A stretch of 64,000 nucleotides of DNA, from assembly GCF_003019035.1 (NCBI RefSeq), contig NZ_CP027447.1; one strand, given 5' to 3'. Position numbers and translations under genes: made by a program. Positions 11,108 to 23,510 of this stretch are shown one piece after another. The DNA comes from Escherichia coli (GTDB lineage: Bacteria > Pseudomonadota > Gammaproteobacteria > Enterobacterales > Enterobacteriaceae). The number at the start of each line of letters is the position of its first letter. The first letter of the stretch is position 1. Below the pieces are notes generated by a model, which saw only the letters and a list, made by a program, of their open reading frames with translations, was not told the origin of the DNA and made no database searches.

Positions 11108-12649
11108 ATGCCTTATCTACTTGAAATGAAAAATATTACCAAAACCTTCGGCAGTGTGAAGGCGATTGATAACGTCAGCTTGCGGTTGAATGCTGGCGAA
11201 ATCGTCTCACTCTGTGGGGAAAATGGGTCAGGTAAATCAACGCTGATGAAAGTGCTGTGTGGTATTTATCCCCATGGTTCCTACGAAGGCGAAATTATTT
11301 TTGCGGGAGAAGAGATTCAGGCGAGTCACATCCGCGATACCGAACGCAAAGGTATCGCCATTATTCACCAGGAATTGGCGCTGGTGAAAGAACTGACCGT
11401 GCTGGAAAATATCTTCCTGGGTAACGAAATAACCCATAATGGCATTATGGATTATGACCTGATGACGCTACGCTGTCAGAAGCTGCTCGCACAGGTCAGT
11501 TTATCCATTTCACCTGATACCCGCGTTGGCGATTTAGGACTTGGGCAACAACAACTGGTTGAAATTGCCAAGGCACTTAATAAACAGGTGCGTTTGTTAA
11601 TTCTCGATGAGCCGACAGCCTCATTAACTGAGCAGGAAACGTCGGTTTTACTGGATATTATTCGCGATCTACAACAGCACGGTATCGCCTGTATTTATAT
11701 TTCGCACAAACTCAACGAAGTCAAAGCGATTTCCGATACGATTTGCGTTATTCGCGACGGTCAGCACATTGGCACGCGTGATGCTGCTGGAATGAGTGAA
11801 GACGATATTATCACCATGATGGTCGGGCGAGAGTTAACCGCGCTTTACCCTAATGAACCACATACCACCGGAGATGAAATATTACGTATTGAACATCTGA
11901 CGGCATGGCATCCGGTTAATCGTCATATTAAACGAGTTAATGATGTCTCGTTTTCCCTGAAACGTGGCGAAATACTGGGTATTGCCGGACTCGTTGGTGC
12001 CGGACGTACCGAGACTATTCAGTGCCTGTTTGGTGTGTGGCCCGGACAATGGGAAGGGAAAATTTATATTGACGGCAAACAGGTAGATATTCGTAACTGT
12101 CAGCAAGCCATCGCCCAGGGGATTGCGATGGTACCCGAAGACAGAAAGCGCGACGGCATCGTTCCGGTAATGGCGGTTGGTAAAAATATTACCCTCGCCG
12201 CACTCAATAAATTTACCGGCGGTATTAGCCAGCTTGATGACGCGGCAGAGCAAAAATGTATTCTGGAATCAATCCAGCAACTAAAAGTTAAAACGTCGTC
12301 CTCCGACCTTGCTATTGGACGTTTGAGCGGCGGCAATCAACAAAAAGCGATCCTCGCTCGCTGTCTGTTACTTAACCCGCGCATTCTCATTCTTGATGAA
12401 CCCACCAGGGGTATCGATATTGGCGCGAAATACGAGATCTACAAATTAATTAACCAACTCGTCCAGCAGGGTATTGCCGTTATTGTCATCTCTTCCGAAT
12501 TACCTGAAGTGCTCGGCCTTAGCGATCGTGTACTGGTGATGCATGAAGGGAAACTAAAAGCCAACCTGATAAATCATAACCTGACTCAGGAGCAGGTGAT
12601 GGAAGCCGCATTGAGGAGCGAACATCATGTCGAAAAGCAATCCGTCTGA
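11108..12649 (+). CDS. xylG: D-xylose ABC transporter ATP-binding protein (tandem ABC domains)
   Basis: 513-aa ORF with two Walker A motifs ([18 protein letters not shown]). Confidence 0.95.
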
Positions 12650-13808
12650 AGTGAAATTAGCCGTACCGACATCCGGTGGCTTTTCCGGGCTGAAATCACT
12701 GAATTTGCAGGTCTTCGTGATGATTGCAGCTATCATCGCAATCATGCTGTTCTTTACCTGGACCACCGATGGTGCCTACTTAAGCGCCCGTAACGTCTCC
12801 AACCTGTTACGCCAAACCGCGATTACCGGCATCCTCGCGGTAGGAATGGTGTTCGTCATAATTTCTGCTGAAATCGACCTTTCCGTCGGCTCAATGATGG
12901 GGCTGTTAGGTGGCGTCGCGGCGATTTGTGACGTCTGGCTAGGCTGGCCTTTGCCACTTACCATCATTGTGACTTTGGTTCTGGGACTGCTTCTCGGTGC
13001 CTGGAACGGATGGTGGGTCGCGTACCGCAAAGTCCCTTCATTTATTGTCACCCTCGCGGGCATGTTGGCATTTCGCGGCATACTCATTGGCATCACCAAC
13101 GGCACGACTGTTTCCCCCACCAGCGCCGCGATGTCACAAATCGGGCAAAGCTATCTACCCGCCAGCACCGGCTTCATCATTGGCGCGCTTGGCTTAATGG
13201 CTTTTGTTGGCTGGCAATGGCGCGGAAGAATGCGCCGTCAGGCTTTGGGTTTGCAGTCTCCGGCTTCTACCGCAGTAGTCGGTCGCCAGGCTTTAACCGC
13301 TATCATCGTATTAGGCGCAATCTGGCTGTTGAATGATTACCGTGGCGTTCCCACTCCTGTTCTGCTGCTGACGTTGCTGTTACTCGGCGGAATGTTTATG
13401 GCAACGCGGACGGCATTTGGACGACGCATTTATGCCATCGGCGGCAATCTGGAAGCAGCACGGCTCTCCGGGATTAACGTTGAACGCACCAAACTTGCCG
13501 TGTTCGCTATTAACGGATTAATGGTCGCCATCGCCGGATTAATCCTCAGTTCTCGACTTGGCGCTGGTTCACCTTCTGCGGGGAATATCGCCGAGCTGGA
13601 CGCAATTGCCGCATGTGTGATTGGCGGCACCAGTCTGGCAGGCGGCGTCGGGAGCGTGGCTGGAGCGGTAATGGGGGCATTCATCATGGCTTCACTGGAT
13701 AACGGCATGAGTATGATGGATGTACCGACCTTCTGGCAGTATATCGTTAAAGGTGCGATTCTGTTGCTGGCAGTATGGATGGACTCCGCAACCAAACGCC
13801 GTTCTTGA
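12627..13808 (+). CDS. xylH: D-xylose ABC transporter permease
   Basis: 393-aa polytopic membrane ORF overlapping the xylG 3' end by 23 nt. Confidence 0.95.
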
Positions 13809-13885
13809 TTTTGATGAAAATTTTCTCAAAGCCGGTAACGTATTACCGGTTTTGAGTTTTTGCATGATTCAGCAGGAAAAGAACC

Positions 13886-15064
13886 ATGTTTACTAAACGT
13901 CACCGCATCACATTACTGTTCAATGCCAATAAAGCCTATGACCGGCAGGTAGTAGAAGGCGTAGGGGAATATTTACAGGCGTCACAATCGGAATGGGATA
14001 TTTTCATTGAAGAAGATTTCCGCGCCCGCATTGATAAAATCAAGGACTGGTTAGGAGATGGCGTCATTGCCGACTTCGACGACAAACAAATCGAGCAAGC
14101 GCTAGCTGATGTCGACGTCCCCATTGTTGGGGTTGGTGGCTCGTATCACCTTGCCGAAAGTTACCCACCCGTTCATTACATTGCCACCGATAACTATGCG
14201 CTGGTTGAAAGCGCATTTTTGCATTTAAAAGAGAAAGGCGTTAACCGCTTTGCTTTTTATGGTCTTCCGGAATCAAGCGGTAAACGTTGGGCCACTGAAC
14301 GCGAATATGCATTTCGTCAGCTTGTCGCCGAAGAAAAGTATCGCGGAGTGGTTTATCAGGGATTAGAAACCGCGCCAGAGAACTGGCAACACGCGCAAAA
14401 TCGGCTGGCAGACTGGCTACAAACGCTGCCACCGCAAACCGGGATTATTGCCGTTACTGACGCCCGGGCGCGGCATATTCTGCAAGTATGTGAACATCTA
14501 CACATTCCCGTACCGGAAAAATTATGCGTGATTGGCATCGATAACGAAGAACTGACCCGCTATCTGTCGCGTGTCGCCCTTTCTTCGGTCGCTCAGGGCG
14601 CGCGGCAAATGGGCTATCAGGCGGCAAAACTGTTGCATCGATTATTAGATAAAGAAGAAATGCCGCTACAGCGGATTTTGGTCCCACCAGTTCGCGTCAT
14701 TGAACGGCGCTCAACAGATTACCGCTCACTGACCGATCCCGCCGTTATTCAGGCCATGCATTACATTCGTAATCACGCCTGTAAAGGGATTAAAGTGGAT
14801 CAGGTACTGGATGCGGTGGGCATATCACGCTCCAATCTTGAGAAGCGTTTTAAAGAAGAGGTGGGTGAAACCATCCATGCCATGATTCATGCCGAGAAGC
14901 TGGAGAAAGCGCGCAGTCTGCTGATTTCAACCACCTTATCGATCAATGAGATATCGCAAATGTGCGGTTATCCATCGCTGCAATATTTCTACTCTGTTTT
15001 TAAAAAAGCATATGACACGACGCCAAAAGAGTATCGCGATGTAAATAGCGAGGTTCTGTTGTAG
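13886..15064 (+). CDS. xylR: Xylose operon transcriptional activator (AraC family)
   Basis: 392-aa ORF MFTKRHRITLLFNANKAYDRQVV... with C-terminal AraC-type HTH. Confidence 0.95.
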   Translation: MFTKRHRITLLFNANKAYDRQVVEGVGEYLQASQSEWDIFIEEDFRARIDKIKDWLGDGVIADFDDKQIEQALADVDVPIVGVGGSYHLAESYPPVHYIATDNYALVESAFLHLKEKGVNRFAFYGLPESSGKRWATEREYAFRQLVAEEKYRGVVYQGLETAPENWQHAQNRLADWLQTLPPQTGIIAVTDARARHILQVCEHLHIPVPEKLCVIGIDNEELTRYLSRVALSSVAQGARQMGYQAAKLLHRLLDKEEMPLQRILVPPVRVIERRSTDYRSLTDPAVIQAMHYIRNHACKGIKVDQVLDAVGISRSNLEKRFKEEVGETIHAMIHAEKLEKARSLLISTTLSINEISQMCGYPSLQYFYSVFKKAYDTTPKEYRDVNSEVLL

Positions 15065-15127
15065 CGATGATGAGAATTATCGGCGTCGCATCAGGTAACT
15101 CAGCACAATCACCTGATGGGAGCAAAA

Positions 15128-15157
15128 GCCTTATCCGACCGACAAGTCGGATAAGGC
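15128..15157. repeat. REP-like palindromic unit (GCCTTATCCGAC-CGACAA-GTCGGATAAGGC) between convergent xylR and bax
   Basis: Perfect 12-bp inverted repeat with 6-nt loop resembling E. coli REP/PU elements. Confidence 0.5.
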
Positions 15158-15171
15158 TCGAGGAAATGCAA

Positions 15172-15996
15172 TTACATATGTGCCGCGATTAACCGTTGGT
15201 TATCCTGGTACATTGCGAACAGGTAGTTGTTATAACTCTTCCCTTTGGTCGAGTAGCCCTTCAGCTTGTGAATCATCGCTGTGGCAGTCACTTCCTGATC
15301 CGCTTTACGCAGCTGTGCACGCGATTTACGGAACGAAGAGTAAGCCGGATGCGTATTCAGGTTAGTAACATAGGCGCTCACCGATTCTTTGACAGAACTA
15401 AACTGTGAGTACCCCTTCACTTTACCCGGCGCATTAGTACAACGTCCTTTCATGCATTTCATGCCGAACAGATTGTTGTTGTTGCGCGCCAGCTTCGACG
15501 TTCCCCAACCGCTTTCTGCTGCAGCCATCGTCGCCACCATACTGGTGGGGATAATGTCTACGCGTTCAAGCAAGGTATTCCACGGGATTTTTCGCGTATT
15601 ACCAGACCACTTCACCTTGTAGCGTTTGGCGATGTCTTTCAGACGCGCACGCTCAGCAGGTGACCATTGGCCCTGATACTGTTTTGAAATCAGCCAGTTA
15701 CGTTCCGCAGTAATGGCTGCATTTTGGCTGGTAATGTAAGGCATTACGGTCCGGAGAAACGCCTTTTTCCTTGGTGTTCCGGAAGGGTATTTTCGCAAAT
15801 CAGGAAGTGAACTACTCTTTGCACTATTGCGAGAATACTCTTGTTTACTGCTTACCTGTTTATTACTAGCTTTAGTTAAGTGGGACTTTTGACTCGCTGT
15901 TGTTGTGTGCGTCTTCGCTAACACCTCACTCGAAAACACCAGAGTGAGTAACATAAGAATCATCGCCCCATATCGTCGTATGGGAGTCAAAATCAT
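15172..15996 (-). CDS. bax: Bax protein (putative glucosaminidase-like)
   Basis: 274-aa ORF MILTPIRRYGAMILMLLTLVFSS...; position next to xylR. Confidence 0.85.
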   Translation of the reverse strand: MILTPIRRYGAMILMLLTLVFSSEVLAKTHTTTASQKSHLTKASNKQVSSKQEYSRNSAKSSSLPDLRKYPSGTPRKKAFLRTVMPYITSQNAAITAERNWLISKQYQGQWSPAERARLKDIAKRYKVKWSGNTRKIPWNTLLERVDIIPTSMVATMAAAESGWGTSKLARNNNNLFGMKCMKGRCTNAPGKVKGYSQFSSVKESVSAYVTNLNTHPAYSSFRKSRAQLRKADQEVTATAMIHKLKGYSTKGKSYNNYLFAMYQDNQRLIAAHM

Positions 15997-16315
15997 CAGG
16001 TCTCCTGGTCGGATTTAATCATTCCAACACCTTATATTTTTCACAAATTTGAGAGTTGAATCCCAAATCATATCAAAAATAGCTGTCAAGAGCACCCCAA
16101 GGAATAGTCCAAATCTGAAACTATGTCACGAGTTAACGATTCAGATTGGCGCTAAATCGCAGAAAATGTGGGGTTTATCGCAAAATTCAGCCGTTTTTTG
16201 CGCGCGATCGCTCACCCTTGCTTCTCATCCTGTGGACTTACCGCTCAGGGATGAGTTTTGTCTGGCTTATCGCTGGCAAACTGTCTGAAATCGCAGCAAT
16301 AAGGACTCATCCGCC

Positions 16316-18346
16316 ATGAAACTCGCCGCCTGTTTTCTGACACTCCTTCCTGGCTTCGCCGTTGCCGCCAGCTGGACTTCTCCGGGGTTTCCCGCCTTTA
16401 GCGAACAGGGGACGGGAACATTTGTCAGCCACGCACAGTTGCCCAAAGGTACGCGTCCACTAACGCTAAATTTTGACCAACAGTGCTGGCAGCCTGCGGA
16501 TGCGATAAAACTCAATCAGATGCTTTCCCTGCAACCTTGTAGCAACACGCCGCCTCAATGGCGATTGTTCAGGGACGGCGAATATACGCTGCAACTAGAC
16601 ACCCGCTCCGGTACACCAACATTGATGATTTCCATCCAGAACGCCGTCGAACCGGTAGCAAGCCTGGTCCGTGAATGCCCGAAATGGGATGGATTACCGC
16701 TCACACTGGATGTCAGCGCCACTTTTCCGGAGGGAGCCGCAGTCCGGGATTATTACAGCCAGCAAATTGCGATAGTGAAGAACGGTCAAATAACGTTACA
16801 ACCCGCTGCCACCAGCAACGGTTTACTCCTGCTGGAACGGGCAGAAACTGACGCCTCTGCCCCTTTCGACTGGCATAACGCCACGGTTTACTTTGTGCTG
16901 ACAGATCGTTTCGAAAACGGCGATCCCAGTAATGACCAGAGTTACGGACGTCATAAAGACGGTATGGCAGAAATTGGCACTTTTCACGGCGGCGATTTAC
17001 GCGGCCTGACCAACAAACTGGATTACCTCCAGCAGCTGGGCGTCAATGCTTTATGGATAAGTGCCCCATTTGAGCAAATTCACGGCTGGGTCGGCGGCGG
17101 TACAAAAGGCGATTTCCCGCATTATGCCTACCACGGTTATTACACACAGGACTGGACGAATCTTGATGCCAATATGGGCCGCGAAGCCGATCTACGGACG
17201 CTGGTTGATAGCGCGCATCAGCGCGGTATTCGTATTCTCTTTGATGTCGTGATGAACCACACTGGCTATGCCACGCTGGCGGATATGCAGGAGTATCAGT
17301 TTGGCGCGTTATATCTTTCTGGTGACGAAGTGAAAAAAACGTTGGGTGAACGCTGGAGCGACTGGAAACCTGCCGCCGGGCAAACCTGGCATAGCTTTAA
17401 CGATTACATTAATTTCAGCGACAAAACAGGCTGGGATAAATGGTGGGGAAAAAACTGGATCAGAACCGATATCGGCGATTACGACAATCCTGGATTCGAC
17501 GATCTCACTATGTCGCTGGCCTTTTTGCCGGATATCAAAACCGAATCAACGACCGCTTCTGGTCTGCCGGTGTTCTATAAAAACAAAACGGATACCCACG
17601 CTAAAGTCATCGACAGCTTTACCCCTCGCGATTACTTAACCCACTGGTTAAGTCAGTGGGTTCACGACTATGGGATTGATGGTTTTCGGGTCGACACCGC
17701 CAAACATGTTGAGTTGCCCGCCTGGCAGCAACTGAAAACCGAAGCCAGCGCCGCACTTCGCGAATGGAAAAAAGCTAACCCCGACAAAACATTAGATGAC
17801 AAACCGTTCTGGATGACCGGTGAAGCCTGGGGCCACGGCGTGATGCAAAGTGACTACTATCGCCACGGCTTCGATGCGATGATCAATTTCGATTATCAGG
17901 AGCAGGCGGCTAAAGCAGTCGATTGTCTGGCGCAGATGGATACGACCTGGCAGCAAATGGCGGAGAAATTGCAGGATTTCAACGTGTTGAGCTACCTCTC
18001 GTCGCATGATACCCGCCTGTTCCGTGAAGGGGGCGACAAAGCAGCAGAGTTATTATTATTAGCGCCAGGCGCGGTTCAAATCTTTTATGGTGATGAATCC
18101 TCGCGTCCGTTCGGCCCCACCGGTTCGGATCCACTGCAAGGCACGCGTTCGGATATGAACTGGCAGGATGTTAGCGGTAAATCTGCCGCCAGCGTCGCGC
18201 ACTGGCAGAAAATCAGCCAGTTCCGCGCCCGCCATCCCGCAATTGGCGCGGGCAAACAAACGACACTTTCGCTGAAGCAGGGCTACGGCTTTGTTCGTGA
18301 GCATGGCGACGATAAAGTGCTGGTCATCTGGGCAGGGCAACAGTAA
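16316..18346 (+). CDS. malS: Periplasmic alpha-amylase
   Basis: 676-aa ORF with signal peptide and GH13 motifs (GFRVDTAKH etc.). Confidence 0.95.
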   Translation: MKLAACFLTLLPGFAVAASWTSPGFPAFSEQGTGTFVSHAQLPKGTRPLTLNFDQQCWQPADAIKLNQMLSLQPCSNTPPQWRLFRDGEYTLQLDTRSGTPTLMISIQNAVEPVASLVRECPKWDGLPLTLDVSATFPEGAAVRDYYSQQIAIVKNGQITLQPAATSNGLLLLERAETDASAPFDWHNATVYFVLTDRFENGDPSNDQSYGRHKDGMAEIGTFHGGDLRGLTNKLDYLQQLGVNALWISAPFEQIHGWVGGGTKGDFPHYAYHGYYTQDWTNLDANMGREADLRTLVDSAHQRGIRILFDVVMNHTGYATLADMQEYQFGALYLSGDEVKKTLGERWSDWKPAAGQTWHSFNDYINFSDKTGWDKWWGKNWIRTDIGDYDNPGFDDLTMSLAFLPDIKTESTTASGLPVFYKNKTDTHAKVIDSFTPRDYLTHWLSQWVHDYGIDGFRVDTAKHVELPAWQQLKTEASAALREWKKANPDKTLDDKPFWMTGEAWGHGVMQSDYYRHGFDAMINFDYQEQAAKAVDCLAQMDTTWQQMAEKLQDFNVLSYLSSHDTRLFREGGDKAAELLLLAPGAVQIFYGDESSRPFGPTGSDPLQGTRSDMNWQDVSGKSAASVAHWQKISQFRARHPAIGAGKQTTLSLKQGYGFVREHGDDKVLVIWAGQQ

Positions 18347-18523
18347 CTTTTCCGGCTTCCCGTTCGTCAGTACCTCGGGAAGCCGCCAACCAGGATAAAA
18401 TGTCAGCTCTAATCAGCGTTGCAGGATAAAGCACCGCCCCCTCTTCAACAGAGCGATTTGCACCCCAGCAAATGTAGCGTTATTGTTACCTTCCTTGCTA
18501 CAGAGTTCGACAGATATCCCGCT

Positions 18524-19777
18524 ATGACATTCTCCCTTTTTGGTGACAAATTTACCCGCCACTCCGGCATTACGCTGCTGATGGAAGATCTGAACGACGG
18601 TTTACGCACGCCTGGCGCGATTATGCTCGGCGGCGGTAATCCAGCGCAGATCCCGGAAATGCAGGACTACTTCCAGACGCTACTGACCGACATGCTGGAA
18701 AGTGGCAAAGCGACTGATGCACTGTGCAATTACGACGGTCCACAGGGGAAAACGGAGCTACTCACACTGCTTGCCGGAATGCTACGCGAGAAGTTGGGTT
18801 GGGATATCGAACCACAGAATATTGCACTAACAAACGGCAGCCAGAGCGCGTTTTTCTACTTATTTAATCTGTTCGCCGGACGCCGTGCCGATGGTCGGAT
18901 CAAAAAAGTGCTGTTTCCGCTGGCACCGGAATACATTGGCTACGCTGACGCCGGACTGGAAGAAGATCTGTTTGTCTCTGCGCGTCCGAATATTGAACTG
19001 CTGCCGGAAGGCCAGTTTAAATACCACGTCGATTTTGAGCATCTGCATATTGGCGAAGAAACCGGGATGATTTGCGTCTCCCGGCCGACGAATCCAACAG
19101 GCAATGTTATTACTGACGAAGAGTTGCTGAAGCTTGACGCGCTGGCGAATCAACACGGCATTCCGCTGGTGATTGATAACGCTTATGGCGTCCCGTTCCC
19201 GGGTATCATCTTCAGCGAAGCGCGCCCGCTGTGGAATCCGAATATTGTACTGTGCATGAGTCTTTCCAAGCTGGGACTACCGGGTTCGCGCTGCGGCATT
19301 ATCATCGCCAATGAAAAAATCATCACCGCAATCACCAACATGAACGGCATTATCAGCCTGGCGCCTGGCGGTATTGGTCCGGCGATAATGTGTGAAATGA
19401 TTAAGCGTAACGATCTGCTGCGCCTGTCTGAAACGGTTATCAAACCGTTTTATTACCAGCGTGTTCAGGAAACTATCGCCATCATTCGCCGCTATTTACC
19501 GGAAGATCGCTGCCTGATTCATAAACCGGAAGGAGCCATTTTCCTCTGGCTATGGTTTAAGGATTTGCCAATTACGACCGAGCAGCTCTACCAGCGCCTG
19601 AAAGCACGGGGCGTGCTGATGGTGCCGGGGCACAACTTCTTCCCAGGGCTGGATAAACCGTGGCCACATACACATCAATGTATGCGCATGAACTACGTGC
19701 CGGAGCCGGATAAAATTGAGGCGGGGGTGAAGATTCTGGCGGAAGAGATAGAAAGAGCCTGGGCTGAAAGCCATTAA
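18524..19777 (+). CDS. avtA: Valine--pyruvate aminotransferase; start at internal ATG (MTFSLFGDKF...)
   Basis: ORF 18419-19777; known 417-aa protein begins at the ATG at 18524. Confidence 0.93.
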   Translation: MTFSLFGDKFTRHSGITLLMEDLNDGLRTPGAIMLGGGNPAQIPEMQDYFQTLLTDMLESGKATDALCNYDGPQGKTELLTLLAGMLREKLGWDIEPQNIALTNGSQSAFFYLFNLFAGRRADGRIKKVLFPLAPEYIGYADAGLEEDLFVSARPNIELLPEGQFKYHVDFEHLHIGEETGMICVSRPTNPTGNVITDEELLKLDALANQHGIPLVIDNAYGVPFPGIIFSEARPLWNPNIVLCMSLSKLGLPGSRCGIIIANEKIITAITNMNGIISLAPGGIGPAIMCEMIKRNDLLRLSETVIKPFYYQRVQETIAIIRRYLPEDRCLIHKPEGAIFLWLWFKDLPITTEQLYQRLKARGVLMVPGHNFFPGLDKPWPHTHQCMRMNYVPEPDKIEAGVKILAEEIERAWAESH

Positions 19778-19815
19778 TACGCTATTCCGGCGTTGAGAAA
19801 CGCCGGAAAAACGTT

Positions 19816-20289
19816 TCAAACAGGCTGCTGCCGTAGCCGATGCCGCTGCACTTTCTCGACATCCATGCACTGCAACGCCTTTGTCGGGCAGGCTTCAACA
19901 CAGGCCGGCCCCGTCGCCCGATGCCAGCACAGATCGCATTTAATCGCCCTCGCCTTTTTGCGCGAAGAAACGACCTCCATCGCACCAAACGGGCAAGCCA
20001 GCATACAGCTTTTACAGCCAATGCAACGTGATTGTTCAACGAAAATATGCCCATGTTCGCGGCTTATCGCGTCAACAGGGCAGACATTCGCGCACGGTGC
20101 ATCTTCACACTGATGACAGGCTACTGCCGTGGTCCAGCTGTGGTCTTTAATGACACGAATACGGGAAATAAACTCGTCTGGTGACAACGCAGCGCAATCC
20201 TGATTCTCCTGATGCGACACTGCGCAAGCCACTTCACAGGTACGGCAACCGATACATTTCGTCGCATCCGCAATAATAAACCGGTTCAT
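19816..20289 (-). CDS. ysaA: 4Fe-4S ferredoxin-type protein YsaA
   Basis: Multiple CxxCxxC clusters (CIGCRTCEVAC, CIGCKSCMLACP); start at the second Met. Confidence 0.85.
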   Translation of the reverse strand: MNRFIIADATKCIGCRTCEVACAVSHQENQDCAALSPDEFISRIRVIKDHSWTTAVACHQCEDAPCANVCPVDAISREHGHIFVEQSRCIGCKSCMLACPFGAMEVVSSRKKARAIKCDLCWHRATGPACVEACPTKALQCMDVEKVQRHRLRQQPV

Positions 20290-20390
20290 GATCACTCCTT
20301 TGCACTAAAACAGCAGAGTGCCAGAGAGCGCGTCTCTACTGCTTTGATCCAACGAAGGAAATGTTAAAGTTTTGGCACTTGTCCAAAGCG

Positions 20391-21239
20391 TTATGTGATC
20401 GCGCCCTGGTCGTCCCTGACAGTAAATCCCAGTTCATTAGAAATAGCCTGCGCGGTTTCACGCAGTGGTTTCAGGAGATTTTTCTCCCCCACCTGTTTCA
20501 GACGTGATGTCGAAAGCGAAATCGACACGGCGTACGGCACCCGCCCATGAATATCAAACACCGGAACAGCAATACAGGAGACGCCGAGTTCGTTTTCTTC
20601 TCTGTCCATCGCCGCTCCGCTTTCACGAATGTGCGCCAGTTCGTCGAACATCGCGGGCAGCTCGGTAATGGTATTGCGGGTTAACGGCTGGATCTCATGC
20701 TGATGGCTTTCCCAGTATGACTTCACGTAGTCCGGGTGACCAAACGCCATGTAGATCTTGCCCATTGCGGAACAGTAGAGCGGCATATGCTGGCCAATAT
20801 AGGCACGGGTTCGCAGCATCCCGGTTGTGGGTTCCAGCTTATAAATCAAAATAGCGTGATCGTCTTCGCGGCTGGAGAAGTTAATAGTTTCACCAGTGGC
20901 GATGTTCAGTGCCTCAAGATGCGGAGCGGCGATATGAATGATATTCAGCGAAGACAGCGCCTTCTGCCCGACGGCAATAAATTTGGTGGTCAGGCGGTAA
21001 CTCCCTGCGGCGGGCGCGGTGGTCACATAGCCGCAGGATTGTAATCCCTGCAATAAGCGATGGACGGTACTCTTATTTAAACCAGCCAGTTCCGAAAGAT
21101 GCGCCAACGGACAACCGTTTGGATAGTTGCTCAAAATCTCAATCAGCATCAACCCGCGAAACAGACTCTGGCTTCCGGCTGGACGCTCTTTTTCCTGCGC
21201 CATCTCGTTCTCTTTTTTTCCCATCACTTCTTTCCCCAT
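20391..21239 (-). CDS. yiaJ: IclR-family transcriptional repressor of the yiaK-sgbE operon
   Basis: 282-aa ORF; divergent from yiaK. Confidence 0.9.
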   Translation of the reverse strand: MGKEVMGKKENEMAQEKERPAGSQSLFRGLMLIEILSNYPNGCPLAHLSELAGLNKSTVHRLLQGLQSCGYVTTAPAAGSYRLTTKFIAVGQKALSSLNIIHIAAPHLEALNIATGETINFSSREDDHAILIYKLEPTTGMLRTRAYIGQHMPLYCSAMGKIYMAFGHPDYVKSYWESHQHEIQPLTRNTITELPAMFDELAHIRESGAAMDREENELGVSCIAVPVFDIHGRVPYAVSISLSTSRLKQVGEKNLLKPLRETAQAISNELGFTVRDDQGAIT

Positions 21240-21325
21240 TTTGTCGCGTCCTGATGGTAGCGCAAAGTGTGCCGTAGTTCACGATCTCGACAGATAATTT
21301 ATAACCACTTGATTTTTAAGTTTTT

Positions 21326-21398
21326 TGAAATTCATCAATCAGATTGCTTTGTTAAAAAGTGATCGATATATTTGAAATCAAGTTTCGTATATTGAAAT
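21326..21398. promoter_or_regulatory. yiaJ/yiaK divergent control region with three direct TTGAAAT repeats (candidate operator/promoter elements)
   Basis: TTGAAAT at 21326, 21372 and 21392 in the AT-rich intergenic region. Confidence 0.35.
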
Positions 21399-21439
21399 TT
21401 TAAGCCAAAAAAGCGATCAAAAAAACAAGGAAGCCAGGG

Positions 21440-22438
21440 ATGAAAGTGACATTTGAGCAGTTAAAAGCAGCCTTTAATCGGGTCTTAATTTCACGCGGCG
21501 TTGACAGCGAAACGGCTGATGCCTGTGCCGAGATGTTCGCCCGCACCACCGAATCCGGCGTTTATTCTCACGGCGTCAACCGTTTCCCTCGTTTCATTCA
21601 ACAACTGGAAAACGGCGATATCATTCCCGATGCCCAACCCAAACGTATAACCAGCCTCGGCGCAATTGAACAGTGGGACGCTCAGCGTTCGATCGGTAAC
21701 CTGACAGCGAAAAAGATGATGGATCGCGCCATTGAACTGGCTGCCGATCACGGTATTGGTCTGGTGGCACTACGTAATGCCAACCACTGGATGCGCGGCG
21801 GCAGCTACGGCTGGCAGGCGGCGGAAAAAGGCTATATTGGCATTTGCTGGACCAACTCCATCGCCGTAATGCCGCCGTGGGGCGCAAAAGAGTGTCGCAT
21901 CGGCACCAACCCGCTGATCGTCGCCATTCCTTCTACCCCAATCACCATGGTCGATATGTCGATGTCGATGTTCTCTTACGGCATGTTAGAAGTTAACCGT
22001 CTGGCAGGCCGTCAGCTCCCGGTCGATGGTGGCTTTGATGATGAGGGCAATTTGACCAAAGAACCTGGCGTTATCGAGAAGAATCGCCGCATTTTGCCGC
22101 TGGGCTACTGGAAAGGTTCTGGCATGTCGATTGTGCTGGATATGATCGCCACTCTCCTTTCCGACGGCGCATCGGTTGCCGAAGTCACCCAGGACAACAG
22201 CGACGAATACGGCGTTTCGCAAATCTTTATCGCCATCGAAGTGGATAAATTGATCGACGGCCCCACCCGCGATGACAAGCTGCAACGCATCATGGATTAC
22301 GTTACTACCGCTGAACGCGCTGACGAAAACCAGGCCATCCGCTTACCCGGCCACGAATTTACTACCCTGCTGGCCGAAAACCGCCGTAACGGCATCACCG
22401 TTGATGACAGCGTGTGGGCAAAAATCCAGGCGTTATAA
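21440..22438 (+). CDS. yiaK: 2,3-diketo-L-gulonate reductase
   Basis: 332-aa [25 protein letters not shown]... Confidence 0.9.
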   Translation: MKVTFEQLKAAFNRVLISRGVDSETADACAEMFARTTESGVYSHGVNRFPRFIQQLENGDIIPDAQPKRITSLGAIEQWDAQRSIGNLTAKKMMDRAIELAADHGIGLVALRNANHWMRGGSYGWQAAEKGYIGICWTNSIAVMPPWGAKECRIGTNPLIVAIPSTPITMVDMSMSMFSYGMLEVNRLAGRQLPVDGGFDDEGNLTKEPGVIEKNRRILPLGYWKGSGMSIVLDMIATLLSDGASVAEVTQDNSDEYGVSQIFIAIEVDKLIDGPTRDDKLQRIMDYVTTAERADENQAIRLPGHEFTTLLAENRRNGITVDDSVWAKIQAL

Positions 22439-22446
22439 GGAGATAA

Positions 22447-22917
<471 letters not shown>

Positions 22918-23034
22918 TCGAATAATCGTCTACGCCAGAACGCCTGGGTAATGTTATTGCTCTAACTATATTAATAATTTAGGTTGCTGCACATGCAACT
23001 TGAATTATGACAGACATAGCCTCAAGGAATAGCT

Positions 23035-23508
23035 ATGAAAAAAATACTTGAAGCAATACTGGCGATTAATCTCGCCGTACTTTCCTGTATTGTGTTTATA
23101 AACATTATTTTAAGATATGGTTTTCAGACAAGCATTTTATCTGTAGATGAATTGTCACGTTATTTATTTGTCTGGTTAACATTTATTGGCGCGATTGTGG
23201 CTTTTATGGATAACGCCCACGTTCAGGTCACCTTTCTGGTGGAGAAACTCTCCCCCGCATGGCAGCGACGAGTCGCTCTGGTTACCCATTCCTTAATCTT
23301 ATTTATTTGTGGCGCACTGGCCTGGGGCGCAACGCTAAAAACAATTCAGGACTGGAGCGATTATTCACCGATCCTCGGTTTGCCCATCGGCCTGATGTAT
23401 GCCGCTTGTCTGCCCACCAGCCTCGTTATCGCATTCTTTGAACTGCGTCATTTATATCAACTCATCACGCGTAGCAATTCTCTAACGTCGCCACCGCAAG
23501 GAGCTTAA
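23035..23508 (+). CDS. yiaM: TRAP transporter small permease subunit
   Basis: 157-aa four-helix membrane ORF preceding the large permease. Confidence 0.9.
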
Positions 23509-23510
23509 TC

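Noticed and set aside
16160-16315. Possible MalT boxes (GGATGA) upstream of malS
   Set aside because: Motif is short and I could not confirm spacing or orientation by eye; left unannotated
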